Below are positions 7,668 to 16,696 of a stretch of 32,000 nt of DNA, one piece after another. The notes below the pieces were generated by a model that was given only the letters and a program-made list of their open reading frames with translations, had not been told where the DNA came from and searched no databases. A program made the position numbers and the translations under genes. Positions within the stretch are counted from its first letter, which is position 1; each line of letters opens with the position of its first letter. The DNA lies in assembly GCF_018336915.1 (NCBI RefSeq), contig NZ_CP064923.1:2550001-2582000 (forward strand), given 5' to 3'. Source of the stretch: Acaryochloris marina S15. Its GTDB lineage: Bacteria; Cyanobacteriota; Cyanobacteriia; Thermosynechococcales; Thermosynechococcaceae.

Positions 7668-8023
7668 AAAGTTCACACTGTACTGATCTCTGCCAGAACC
7701 AATCAAAGAGGTTAGCTAAAGCCGTGATTAGGATCAGCTATCAGTAGTCATACATCGCTTGAATGTACTTGTGCAGTGATATAGATAAACTTTAAACGTG
7801 ATCTCCCAACACTATCTGAGTGACATCCATCACTATCATAATAATCCACCGAAATATCATCATCACCCCAAAACTCTCGCCACTCGCTCCCGATCCAACC
7901 ACACCCCGATCATTTCCTCAATCCGTTATGATTTGCTCATTAGAGACGTAAACCCCGTTTGAAGCAACCTTCTTATAGCGACTTTCAAACTATTACTAGC
8001 TTTGGGTTTAAGCATAAGCTACT

Positions 8024-9490
8024 GAAAGCGTAATTTTTGTACATTATTCAAGTTTTTAGTGTTACTCTATCTCTTGCAGAGGTTCGAGAGTAACGGTGAG
8101 AGATGGACTACGAATTTAGAGTGATTGTGGAGAAAGTTTCGGTTACCACTCAGGAAGTCGTTAAACGAGACACTCTAAAAATCTATGACATCAAGCAACC
8201 AGAATCTATTCTAGATCTAGGATTGCGTCACGAAGAACAAATCTCTCTGCTTTCCAAAGTCCAAAGTGCTCTGTTATCCGAACAATCTACCCTCATCGAT
8301 ACTGGAGTTACGCAGTGCATCAAATGTGGTGGGAAAATAGGCAAGCTTGGTTTTCAACCATCTACATTCCATGCCGTCTTCAGCGATCATAAACTCCGTA
8401 TCCAAAAACATCGGTGCAAGAATCCTGAGTGTCGATGGCAAAGTATGCCATCGGTGTTGAGCGTCTTTGGCACAGATACTCATCCTGACTTAGTAAAACT
8501 GCAATGTGAGAATGGTGCCTTGCATAGCTATCGAGAAGCTCAGGATAATATGGAGCGGCTGAATGCTCAGCGCCGGAGTGTGAATAACCATGTCCAAATC
8601 AAAAACGTGACCAATCAAGTCGGTGAGCGTTTATCTCAAGCGAACACTACCCCTCCAGATCAAGAAGAGTTACCCACCCCGGCAGCAGAACTCATTGCTC
8701 AAGTCGATGGGGGTCATATTCCTACCAAAGATAAAGACAAGCGCAGTTTTGAAGCCTTATCTGGCATCGTTTATCGTCCTAGTGCCATTGAAGTAGTTGA
8801 TAAACATCATCGCCAAATTACGGAAAAGACTTGTGTTGTTTCCGCCTTAGAGGATGAGTTGCAAACCATCAAGACCTATCTGCATCATGCGGCACTTAAA
8901 CAAGGGATGACAGAAGAGACACAGGTCACTGCCTTGGCCGATGGTGCTAGCAACTGCTGGTCAGTCATCTCAGTTCTTGAGCCTCATTGCAAAGCATTAG
9001 AGCTGATCTTGGACTGGTTTCATATCGGCAAGAAATTCCGAAATGTCAGCAATGCACTGGGTGAAACCTTTGCAGAATCCCTCGATAGTGCGAAGGGGAG
9101 TTTATGGCATGGAAAAGTAGATGATGCTCTGCAGAAGATTGCCATGCTTCGAGACAACATTTCAGATGAGAAGAAGCAAACAAAGCTCAAAGGCTTATAC
9201 GATTACTTAAAGAATAACAGTGAATATCTTGTCAATTATGACGAGCGAGATAAAGCGGGGCTAGCTTATACCAGTCAAGTTGCAGAATCTCATATTGACA
9301 CCCTCATTAATGCTCGCCATAAAAAGAAGCAGAAGATGCAATGGACTCGGGTAGGTGCCCATAATGTCTTGCAAATCAGGGCGAGTATGATCAGTAATGA
9401 ATGGAGTGATAATTGGCTAGATTTAGTTCTTCCTGAAGAAGAAAAAGCTGCTTGAGAATTAGGCTTTTAATGTAGGATATTTACGCTTAC
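8024..9490 (+). mobile_element. ISKra4-like insertion sequence, copy A (1467 bp)
   Basis: The boundaries come from where copies A and B stop being identical. The imperfect terminal IRs are GAAAGCGTAATTTTTGTACATT (8024-8045) and the reverse complement of 9469-9490 (GTAAGCGTAAATATCCTACATT), matching at 17/22. ORF offsets (79 and 35 nt) are identical in both copies. The family name is tentative. Confidence 0.8.
8103..9455 (+). CDS. DDE transposase with N-terminal zinc ribbon (ISKra4-like family)
   Basis: 450 aa. The Zn-ribbon is 'CIKCGGKIG...HRCKNPECRW'. DDE-like landmarks are 'AQVDGGHIPT', 'ALADGASNCW', 'ILDWFHIGKKF' and 'SQVAESHIDTLINARHKKKQKMQWTRVGAHNVLQIRA'. It differs from ORF 25221..26573 at one residue (P here, L there), encoded by C at 8983 here and the complement of A at 25693 there. 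Confidence 0.85.
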   Translation: MDYEFRVIVEKVSVTTQEVVKRDTLKIYDIKQPESILDLGLRHEEQISLLSKVQSALLSEQSTLIDTGVTQCIKCGGKIGKLGFQPSTFHAVFSDHKLRIQKHRCKNPECRWQSMPSVLSVFGTDTHPDLVKLQCENGALHSYREAQDNMERLNAQRRSVNNHVQIKNVTNQVGERLSQANTTPPDQEELPTPAAELIAQVDGGHIPTKDKDKRSFEALSGIVYRPSAIEVVDKHHRQITEKTCVVSALEDELQTIKTYLHHAALKQGMTEETQVTALADGASNCWSVISVLEPHCKALELILDWFHIGKKFRNVSNALGETFAESLDSAKGSLWHGKVDDALQKIAMLRDNISDEKKQTKLKGLYDYLKNNSEYLVNYDERDKAGLAYTSQVAESHIDTLINARHKKKQKMQWTRVGAHNVLQIRASMISNEWSDNWLDLVLPEEEKAA

Positions 9491-9497
9491 GACAGCA

Positions 9498-11272
9498 ATG
9501 GCCTATAAACGTCAAGGAGCAACCCTGTCCATGAGTAAATTCCGCGAAATTATCCGTTTACATGAACTCGGTCATAATAAATCTGAGATTGCCCGTAGCT
9601 GCTTCATCGCCCGTTCTACCGTCCGAGACTATCTGCATCGTGCCCAGCATCAATCCCTCAGTTATGACCAGTTAAGCTGCCTGAGTGATAGTGATGTCCA
9701 GCATCTGCTGGGAAAGGGTCAACGTCAGTCTTCCCGTAAGAAACCTGGAATTGACTTCGAGTATGTGCATCGAGAGATACAACGCAAAGGGGTCACTCTC
9801 TGCCTGTTATGGATGGAAGGTAAAGAGCGAGGAGATTGGAACTGTAGCTATAGTGGCTTTTGTCGTCGATACCGTAAGTGGAAAAAACAGCACTCGCTGT
9901 CCATGCGTCAGACCCACAAGGCTGCAGAAAAAATCTATGTAGATTACTGCGGGATGACCGTGCCTGTGGTCCATCCCCACACGGGTGAAGTCATAACAGC
10001 CCAAATCTTTGTCGCTTGTTTTGGGGCAAGTAACTACACCTATGCTGAGGCGACCGAAAGCCAAACATCAAAGAACTGGCTCGGATCTCATCAACGGTCC
10101 TTGGCCTTCTTTGGTGGAGTGCCGGTCGCGTTCGTCCCAGACAACCTCAAGTCAGGCGTCACAGATCCATGTCGTTATGAGCCCGGTATCAATCAGAGCT
10201 ATCAAGATTTTGCCGAACACTACAACGTGATCATCTTGCCCGCTCGCCCCAAATGCCCTCGGGACAAACCCAAAGTGGAGAATGCGGTGCAGCAAGTGGA
10301 ACGCCATATCTTGGCACCTTTGAGAGATCAGACCTTTACCAGTTTCAAACCTGACTGCCTGACACATCTCTGAAAGCCTTTTCTTCGTAAGGGTTTGCAC
10401 TGTAAGAATAGCAACGCTGCCCCTAAGGCAAGAGAGTTGGTAATACGTTTAGGTTGCGTTTGACGTGTGAACAATGCCAAAAGCTAGCCTTATACACCCT
10501 GCTATTCAGCATCCAAAAGCTACGTATCTAAAGGCTTTGAGGTACTTATGTCAGGCAGTCAGGTTTCAAACACCTCAATGAGGCTATCGCAGTGGGGCTG
10601 GAGAAACTCAATCATCGGACCATGAAATCCTATGGTCTCTCGCGTCGAGAATTATTTGAGCAAGTGGACCAACCAGAACTCAGGCCCTTGCCCAGTCAAG
10701 TGTTTGAGTTTGGAGAATTTAAGAACGCAAAAGTGAGTTTTGATTATCACATTGAGGTGAACCGCCACTATTACAGTGTCCCTTATGAATATGTGGGGAA
10801 ATCAGTATCCGTCAAGATTACGGAATCTTTGGTGCAGATTTTCCATGACCATCAGCGCATTGCGATACATGAACGTTCTAGCTTGCCGTTTCAGCATTCC
10901 ACTGAAGAGGGGCATATGCCACCAGCGCATTTGGCTTACAAAACCCAATCGAGAGAGACCTTCCTGGCTTGGGCCCAGAATGTTGGACCGGCGACAAAGC
11001 AGCAAGTGATAGATATCTTTGAGAAGAAAGCCCATGATGAACAGGCGTTTCGTGCTTTGAAAGGGGTGCAACATCTAAGAACAACCCATGGTGCTCAGCG
11101 ATTGGAGGCGGCCTGTAAGCGAGCGAATGCCATGGGGATGGTGGGTCAACGCTATCTCAAGTCCATGCTCCAACACAAACTGGAATCTGACCCCTTACCG
11201 GATGAGGAGCATAAGGTGGTGCTTCTTCACCATGCCAATGTCCGTGGGTCCAAATACTATCAAGCAACTTAG
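9498..11272 (+). pseudogene. istA: IS21-family transposase IstA, interrupted by a MITE
   Basis: Track ORFs 9498..10373 and 10592..11272 are two halves of one gene. The N-terminal HTH is 'SKFREIIRLHELGHNKSEIARSCFIARSTVRDYL' and the IS21-type motif is 'PARPKCPRDKPKVENAV'. Removing 221 bp (the element plus one target-repeat copy) restores the frame and reads '...QTFTSFK|HLNEAIAVGLEKLNHR...', for a total of about 517 aa. Confidence 0.9.
10351..10562. mobile_element. MITE-like non-autonomous element (212 bp) inserted in istA
   Basis: The perfect terminal inverted repeat is CCTGACTGCCTGACA (10350-10364) and TGTCAGGCAGTCAGG (10549-10563). The flanking direct repeat is GTTTCAAAC (10342-10350 and 10563-10571). 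The TIR/TSD boundary is ambiguous by 1 nt, giving either 14-bp TIR with 9-bp TSD or 15-bp TIR with 7-bp TSD. The element has no ORF. Confidence 0.85.
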
Positions 11273-11284
11273 GGGGAGACAACG

Positions 11285-12148
11285 ATGCAAGCAATGATTG
11301 ACCAGCTGCAACACATGAAGCTTACGGAACTCTTGGAGGCTTGGCGAGAACAGCAGGCCTTGCCCACCTATCATGATCTATCGTTCGATGAACGACTCGC
11401 TTTGATGGTAGAGCGTGAATACATCCGACGACAAAACCAACGGATGCAGCGCCGACTCCGGCAAGCTCGACTGCCGGTGCACGCCACCCTTGATGCAGTG
11501 GATTTTGATGTGCCCAGAGGGCTCAAAAAGATCCAGTTTCTCGAATTTGCTCAAGGCCATTGGCTCCAAGAAAATCTGTCATTGATTTTGCTTGGTCCCA
11601 CGGGCGTGGGAAAGTCTTTCTTGTCAGCTGTACTGGCCCATCATTTGTGCAAACAAGGCCATAGCGTGCGCTATATCAAAACCGCTGATCTGGTTCTGGA
11701 GTTGAAGTTAGCCAAAGGAGATGGGTCTTATCCCAAACTCCGAAAACAATTAGCGGCTTACGATCTACTCGTGCTCGATGAATGGCTTAGAGATCCACTG
11801 TCTGTCTTTGAGGCTAGAGAAATACTCGATATCTTAGATGAGCGTTTCCGTAAAGCTTCCTGTTTATTTGCCACGCAAATGCCCCTCGAACAATGGCACT
11901 CACAAATTCAAGATCCCACCCTGGCTGATGCCATTCTTGACCGGATTATTCATGATGCGATGAAGGTCCCGCTTCGAGGAGAATCCATGAGGAAATTGAC
12001 CAGTAAACTGACCCTGAAGCCAGAAGGGGACATCAGTAATGACCGTTCAGATGAGGATAAAACAACGAGTGAAACAACCGCTACATCTAAGCCCAAAACA
12101 CAAAAGGAGAAAAGGAATGAAAAAAAGGAAGGACAGATGGATGAATAG
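11285..12148 (+). CDS. istB: IS21-family helper ATPase IstB
   Basis: 287 aa. Walker A is 'GPTGVGKS' and Walker B is 'LLVLDEW'; 'DRIIHDA' is present. It begins 13 nt after the istA stop. The unusually long acidic/lysine-rich C-terminal tail is not typical of IstB. Confidence 0.9.
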   Translation: MQAMIDQLQHMKLTELLEAWREQQALPTYHDLSFDERLALMVEREYIRRQNQRMQRRLRQARLPVHATLDAVDFDVPRGLKKIQFLEFAQGHWLQENLSLILLGPTGVGKSFLSAVLAHHLCKQGHSVRYIKTADLVLELKLAKGDGSYPKLRKQLAAYDLLVLDEWLRDPLSVFEAREILDILDERFRKASCLFATQMPLEQWHSQIQDPTLADAILDRIIHDAMKVPLRGESMRKLTSKLTLKPEGDISNDRSDEDKTTSETTATSKPKTQKEKRNEKKEGQMDE

Positions 12149-12518
12149 ACCCGATGAGCTCACGATATTCCTTTCGTGATATGTATGGATTCAGATCTAA
12201 TTTTTTGCCTATGAATTGCAACCCGTAATTCCGTATATACCTGTCGAAAATGGTTGGCCAATATTTTTTTGGTTGGGGGTGGCGAAGTTAGTGCCACTTA
12301 ATCGGCGAGGTCGTGATTATGCAGCAGATAGCTGAAGCGTTTCGCCAGGATTTTCTTTTGCCAGTCGCAGGATTTCCAATTGCACCTGAGATAGAGAAGG
12401 GATATAGACCATGCATTATCTTCGTTTTGTTGAACGCTAACGCATGACAGATTGGAATGGTCGTCATCTCAAAACGAGGTTGGTGCTATGTATCCAGTCC
12501 TTATTTAAGTTCTTTGCA

Positions 12519-12941
12519 CTACTGAAGTATTGAGTCTTCACTGGATTGAATTGCCCGAACTCCTATTTCTTGAATCCACACATAACTGAAATCTTCAAAT
12601 TCTTTTCCAGGTCTGGCTATACCCCCTGAACCCTTGTGCCTAGAAATGAATTTATCTCGCCATAATTCCCAGGCAATGATAGAGGGATATTCTAAATCTG
12701 CGTTGAATTCAGCCCAAGATTTTTTTTGAAACCGCGAAAAATCACAACGCATTTGCCTAGATTTCACCTCGATCAAATCCAAATCAATCAGATTCTGAAT
12801 AAGGGACGTATATCCCGTCGGGAATTCTCCATTATTGAGGATCGGCATTTCACAATAAAGTTGAATCGTTTTTCCAAGATGCTTCTTGGTAAGCCTCAAA
12901 ATTGCTAATTGCTTTAAGGAAAGAGATGGGATGCAAATCAT
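12519..12941 (-). CDS. hypothetical protein (140 aa)
   Basis: ATG-initiated ORF running in the same direction as the hydrolase/DUF2797 genes. No motif recognised. Confidence 0.45.
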   Translation of the reverse strand: MICIPSLSLKQLAILRLTKKHLGKTIQLYCEMPILNNGEFPTGYTSLIQNLIDLDLIEVKSRQMRCDFSRFQKKSWAEFNADLEYPSIIAWELWRDKFISRHKGSGGIARPGKEFEDFSYVWIQEIGVRAIQSSEDSILQ

Positions 12942-13023
12942 TCGATTAACCTATGCTAAAAAAATATTAGCATCACCCTAACCCCTTAGCTTTCTCCCAA
13001 ATGATATTACTCACCCCGCACCC

Positions 13024-13830
13024 TTATTTCAAAAATTGACGTCGGAAGAATTCAGAAACTGCTAAAGATACACTAGGTCCACTCACATCTAGTAGCATCG
13101 AGTGACCAGACTCATCAAACCAAGCTGTTTCGATCTCAATTGGAATGTGTTTTTGCATCATTCCCAGGACGGTAGGTGGCACCATTAAATCATTGTGGGA
13201 GTGGACTCCTAATACAGGACATTGAATTTTAGATAACCGACGACGTGCATAGCCACTTATTTGCCAGAGTGTTTTCAGTGATCTGGAGTGATAAAACTCA
13301 TATACAGGTAAATAAAATGGTTCTTGAGGTGGAGCTTCTATGGAAAAGCTTGCCCAACTTAAAAGTGGAATTAAGACCTCGGCTTTCCAAGATAATCGCA
13401 GAGCTGGTGCTGCTACAACACAGGCATCTAGCAATCCTTCAGCAGCCATAGACAGTGTGATTGCCCCGCCCATCGAAAATCCAAACATACCGATATGAGA
13501 ATAACGTTCCCTTGCCCGAGCAATTTCTTGTCGAGCTGCGGAGAGCATCCCATTTAGTGTGATGCTTGAGAATTCTTCCTCTTGTTTACGGCGATCTCGA
13601 TAACCGTGCCCTGGCATCAAGGGGGCTACTACCGAAAATCCCATATTAGAGAGTGAATGAATTGCTGGAGAAACATCATAAGGGTTTCCTGTAAAGCCAT
13701 GCATACAAATGACTACTGTATCGACATTAGGCTCGGCCTTAAAGTACTGAGGTTTTGCATCAGACATTAACTGCATTTGAATGTCACATGGGAGTGGGTC
13801 AAATCCTGAGAAATATGATGGCTGGCGCAT
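13024..13830 (-). CDS. alpha/beta-fold hydrolase (carboxylesterase/lipase-like)
   Basis: 268 aa. It has 'VVICMHGFTGNP', the nucleophile elbow 'GFSMGG', an acid candidate in 'HSHNDLMVP' and His in 'ESGHSMLLD'. Confidence 0.85.
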   Translation of the reverse strand: MRQPSYFSGFDPLPCDIQMQLMSDAKPQYFKAEPNVDTVVICMHGFTGNPYDVSPAIHSLSNMGFSVVAPLMPGHGYRDRRKQEEEFSSITLNGMLSAARQEIARARERYSHIGMFGFSMGGAITLSMAAEGLLDACVVAAPALRLSWKAEVLIPLLSWASFSIEAPPQEPFYLPVYEFYHSRSLKTLWQISGYARRRLSKIQCPVLGVHSHNDLMVPPTVLGMMQKHIPIEIETAWFDESGHSMLLDVSGPSVSLAVSEFFRRQFLK

Positions 13831-13863
13831 AATCTCAACATCGTATTGTATTCATGATCCCTG

Positions 13864-14682
13864 TTAAGCACGGATTTCGATTTCATATCCAGTGAACTTC
13901 CGAATATTGATGACACCCGTATCGAATATTAAATACTGTCCTTTAATACCGATCAAAGTTCCACTCACCAGTGGTGCTTTTTCAAAATTAAACGAAGATA
14001 TTTTCTGTGGAAATATGTTTACTGGGTAGTTTATCTCCGTGACAGCGGCATTCAACTTTTGTATTGCATTATCGCCGTATTCATTCAAGAGTTCAAAGAT
14101 GGTGTCTTTAATCTGTAGCCCAACCTCATGAGCTTTTTCTTGCAGTGGAATCGGGTCATTGTTACCCTTCAACATGCCTCGCCAGTTTGTTTTATCTGCC
14201 ATGAGCTGAGCTAATTTAACTTCAACTAAGCCAGAAATATACCGAGATTTCACGAGATAAATAGGTAATGCTTCTGTTGCACCTTGATCAATCCAGCGAG
14301 CTGGAATCTGCGAGTGTCGCGTGATACCCACCTTCAACGCTGATGTGTTGGCGAGGTAGACGACATGATCAACCATACAATTGCGTTGACCCCATTCCGG
14401 TTCTCTACAAGTGCCTTTATGGAAGTGACATTGCTCGGGTTTTAAGATGCACATATCACAAGCGGCAAGGCTTTTCATACATGGATAACAGTGACCTTGC
14501 GAAAAACTTTTATTCGTTTTCCGTCCACAATTTTGGCAATAGATCTGACCTAAAAACTCTAATTCTAGATGCTGATTGAGAAGTGGATTTAATAGTAGTA
14601 ACTGATCACCTACTGGCAAAGTATATTCAACAACCTCATTGAGTTTCGTTTTCATTTTGCGCAAGGTACCTTGCATATTCAT
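13864..14682 (-). CDS. DUF2797-like cysteine-rich protein
   Basis: The Cys-rich zinc-ribbon-like block 'CQNCGRKTNKSFSQGHCYPCMKSLAACDMCILKPEQCHFHKGTCREPEWGQRNC' followed by 'VVYLANTSALKVGITR' matches my memory of DUF2797. The track ORF extends to 14730; I prefer ATG 14682 or 14676 ('MNMQGTLRKMKTKL'). Its stop is 33 nt upstream of the hydrolase start. Confidence 0.7.
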   Translation of the reverse strand: MNMQGTLRKMKTKLNEVVEYTLPVGDQLLLLNPLLNQHLELEFLGQIYCQNCGRKTNKSFSQGHCYPCMKSLAACDMCILKPEQCHFHKGTCREPEWGQRNCMVDHVVYLANTSALKVGITRHSQIPARWIDQGATEALPIYLVKSRYISGLVEVKLAQLMADKTNWRGMLKGNNDPIPLQEKAHEVGLQIKDTIFELLNEYGDNAIQKLNAAVTEINYPVNIFPQKISSFNFEKAPLVSGTLIGIKGQYLIFDTGVINIRKFTGYEIEIRA

Positions 14683-15034
14683 TGACCTTCGTATGTATAC
14701 CCAATCCTGGAACTGCTGTTCTGCCTGCAATATTTCTCTTCTATTGGCTCAATGTCCAGTTCAGACCTCTATCTCCTTCTTACTACTTTTTTCAAACTTT
14801 CAGAAACTATTTTTGGCTGCGAGGAAGCAATAGCAGCTTGGAAATAGCAGACTTGCCAACACTGAGATCGCTTCAGTGGGTACCTCACTAAAGGCTTTCT
14901 TGTCTGTGCTATCCATCTGAGTGGTCTCGTTCAGGATCCTTACCCTGACTTTGCAGCAATGGTTGAGAATTGGGAACTACTGGGGGCACTCTATGAAGAT
15001 GATGAGTTGATCAAGGATTGGCCTGGACACATCA

Positions 15035-16696
15035 CTAAATATAGAAGCTGATATTAAGTGGTTCGCCACCTTTTGATAAGACGTTGCGGTTGACCAAATC
15101 TGAAAGCGTTTTAGTTTCATGAATAATCTCCCAGCCAACAGGAGAGAAAGTGTGCTTATTGTATATATTTTCGGCCAGCAGTGGACTGGTGAGTACGTGG
15201 GTTAGAGCATCAATTGCAATGACACGGGTCGCCAGTGGCCCCAATAGTGAATTACTTGGCGTATCTTCTGCGAATAGCCCCACGTATAGCTCTACTTTAT
15301 CGACATCTCCGTACAGCTGTTGTAATAATTCCTGTGTTCGGGGGTTCCCTGTAATTTGATCAAATTGTGTCACTCTGGGAAACTTATATGCATATCGATA
15401 GTCGTTGTAGCTCGCCAGTTGCACTTTACGGCTAAGCTCAATGGTTGGGACTTCAGCTGGTCCAATTAAAAATTCAGGCGTATTAAACAGGCCTATTTTG
15501 CTAGCGGGTTGGGCCGATGTTTCCTGTAAGAGCGTTCCGATGTCACTATCTAGAATCAGCTGATTATTCCAGAGTGTTTCTTTAGTATTTTTAGCTGTGC
15601 CATTGTACTGTATGGTCTCTGGCAAGGAGCTGTGCCAACGATACACAAAGTTAAACTCAATCGACATCCAGTTTTGACGGTACCATTTCTCATTGGGAAA
15701 TGATTGTGGATCAAGAATCACGTTGAAATGGTAAGGCGTAATGTGGTTTACATAATCTTCGATGACGATTTTCATAATCGTCACGATTAAGATATTTCTC
15801 GCTGTTTGAAACAGTCGCTCATCATCCCAATCCGAGCTAGACTTGGCCCTAGCTAGCATGTCACAGATTCTGTTGTGCTCCCGTAAACAAATAACGTTGA
15901 GCATCACGTAGCCAATTTGCACGTTGGCCCTTTCTACACCCATGGCAAACATCTTTTCCTTTTTCTCAGGAAACTGCCTGCGCTCGTCATTTAGTGGTTC
16001 ATACAGACCCTTAAATTCTTCTTTAAAGATGTTATTTCTCGCATCTTCATAGACAAAGAGAGGATATTCTTCGTCGTTTATCCACTGGCTTTTGAGCTTA
16101 CCGCCTTCAAACTTCCTCAATAAATGAGTTGTTTTTCGATTCAGTCCATAAACGGGTGCTAGGTCAATTAGGTGGTTAGAAGTATTTTTTAACCGATTCC
16201 TCCGATCTGTTCGTAAAAAGCCATCGGTAAACCACTGTGCCCAGTAGGGAAATAGTAGCGTTGACTTCTCTGAGTAAATCGTTTCGCCATCTTGTTTGCG
16301 AAAAAGATCAGATAGGTCTTCTGGGGTGGGTAAGGCTGGATCTTGATTGAGCTCGGGTTTAGGTGGGAGGTGGCGACTGCTATAAGTGCGATCGCTTAAC
16401 GAATCCCAAGACGTATAAGTGTCTATCTTTTTAGGTCTTTCTGGGATGTCTGGAATCAGTTCTTTTGTGCATGGATCATATTTAAATGTATCTGGAACAT
16501 ATTCTTCCAGAGTCATTAGACTAAACGGATAGGGCCGGGTCGCAACTTTATACACGGTGAGATTGGTTAAAAAGCGATTGGCCCAACGTGTAAGCACTGG
16601 ACAGCGCTGAATCAATCGCCATATTAATGAAAAATTGGTTAGCAAGAACAGTTCTAACCGATTCATAAATCCATCATTGGAGGTATTTCTCAACAC
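15035..16696 (-). CDS. cyclooxygenase-like haem peroxidase/fatty-acid dioxygenase family protein
   Basis: 553 aa starting at GTG 16696, with an alternative ATG at 16666. It has long colinear similarity to the animal COX catalytic domain as I remember it: 'CLREHNRICDML' against WLREHNRVCDLL, 'DERLFQTARNILIVTIMKIVIEDYVNHI' against [28 protein letters not shown], 'EFNFVYRWHSSLP' against EFNHLYHWHPLMP, and 'LYGDVDKVELYVGLFAED' against LYGDIDALEFYPGLLLE. Confidence 0.85.
   Translation of the reverse strand: MLRNTSNDGFMNRLELFLLTNFSLIWRLIQRCPVLTRWANRFLTNLTVYKVATRPYPFSLMTLEEYVPDTFKYDPCTKELIPDIPERPKKIDTYTSWDSLSDRTYSSRHLPPKPELNQDPALPTPEDLSDLFRKQDGETIYSEKSTLLFPYWAQWFTDGFLRTDRRNRLKNTSNHLIDLAPVYGLNRKTTHLLRKFEGGKLKSQWINDEEYPLFVYEDARNNIFKEEFKGLYEPLNDERRQFPEKKEKMFAMGVERANVQIGYVMLNVICLREHNRICDMLARAKSSSDWDDERLFQTARNILIVTIMKIVIEDYVNHITPYHFNVILDPQSFPNEKWYRQNWMSIEFNFVYRWHSSLPETIQYNGTAKNTKETLWNNQLILDSDIGTLLQETSAQPASKIGLFNTPEFLIGPAEVPTIELSRKVQLASYNDYRYAYKFPRVTQFDQITGNPRTQELLQQLYGDVDKVELYVGLFAEDTPSNSLLGPLATRVIAIDALTHVLTSPLLAENIYNKHTFSPVGWEIIHETKTLSDLVNRNVLSKGGEPLNISFYI

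Larger units (their letters stand above)
9491..12148 (+). mobile_element. IS21-family element remnant (istA-istB); ends not identified
   Basis: The istA/istB gene pair is in the canonical order. The ISKra4-like copy A ends 7 nt before the first istA ATG, so the normal left terminal region is missing or displaced. I could not recognise a right IR in 12149-12330, so the true right boundary is uncertain. Confidence 0.7.

Noticed and set aside
9685-11569. Ten overlapping 63-90-aa ORFs on both strands inside the IS21-like unit
   Set aside because: They are out of frame with or antisense to the clearly homologous istA/istB reading frames. ORF 10152..10400 merely spans the MITE junction.
12953-12973. 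AT-rich hairpin ATGCTAA-N7-TTAGCAT between the hydrolase stop and the next gene
   Set aside because: The stem is weak (7 bp, mostly A/T) and the T-run falls in the loop rather than after the stem, so it is not a convincing intrinsic terminator.
14866-15051. + strand open frame ('...PDFAAMVENWELLGALYEDDELIKDWPGHITKYRS') in the gap between the DUF2797 and COX-like genes
   Set aside because: It reads like the C-terminal scrap of a real protein. However, it has only an internal ATG (30 codons), overlaps the 3' end of the COX-like gene, and I cannot assign it. At best it is a gene remnant.
16389-16396. HIP1 (GCGATCGC) cyanobacterial hyper-abundant palindrome
   Set aside because: I noticed only one clear occurrence in 32 kb, so it cannot be used as evidence for or against a cyanobacterial origin.
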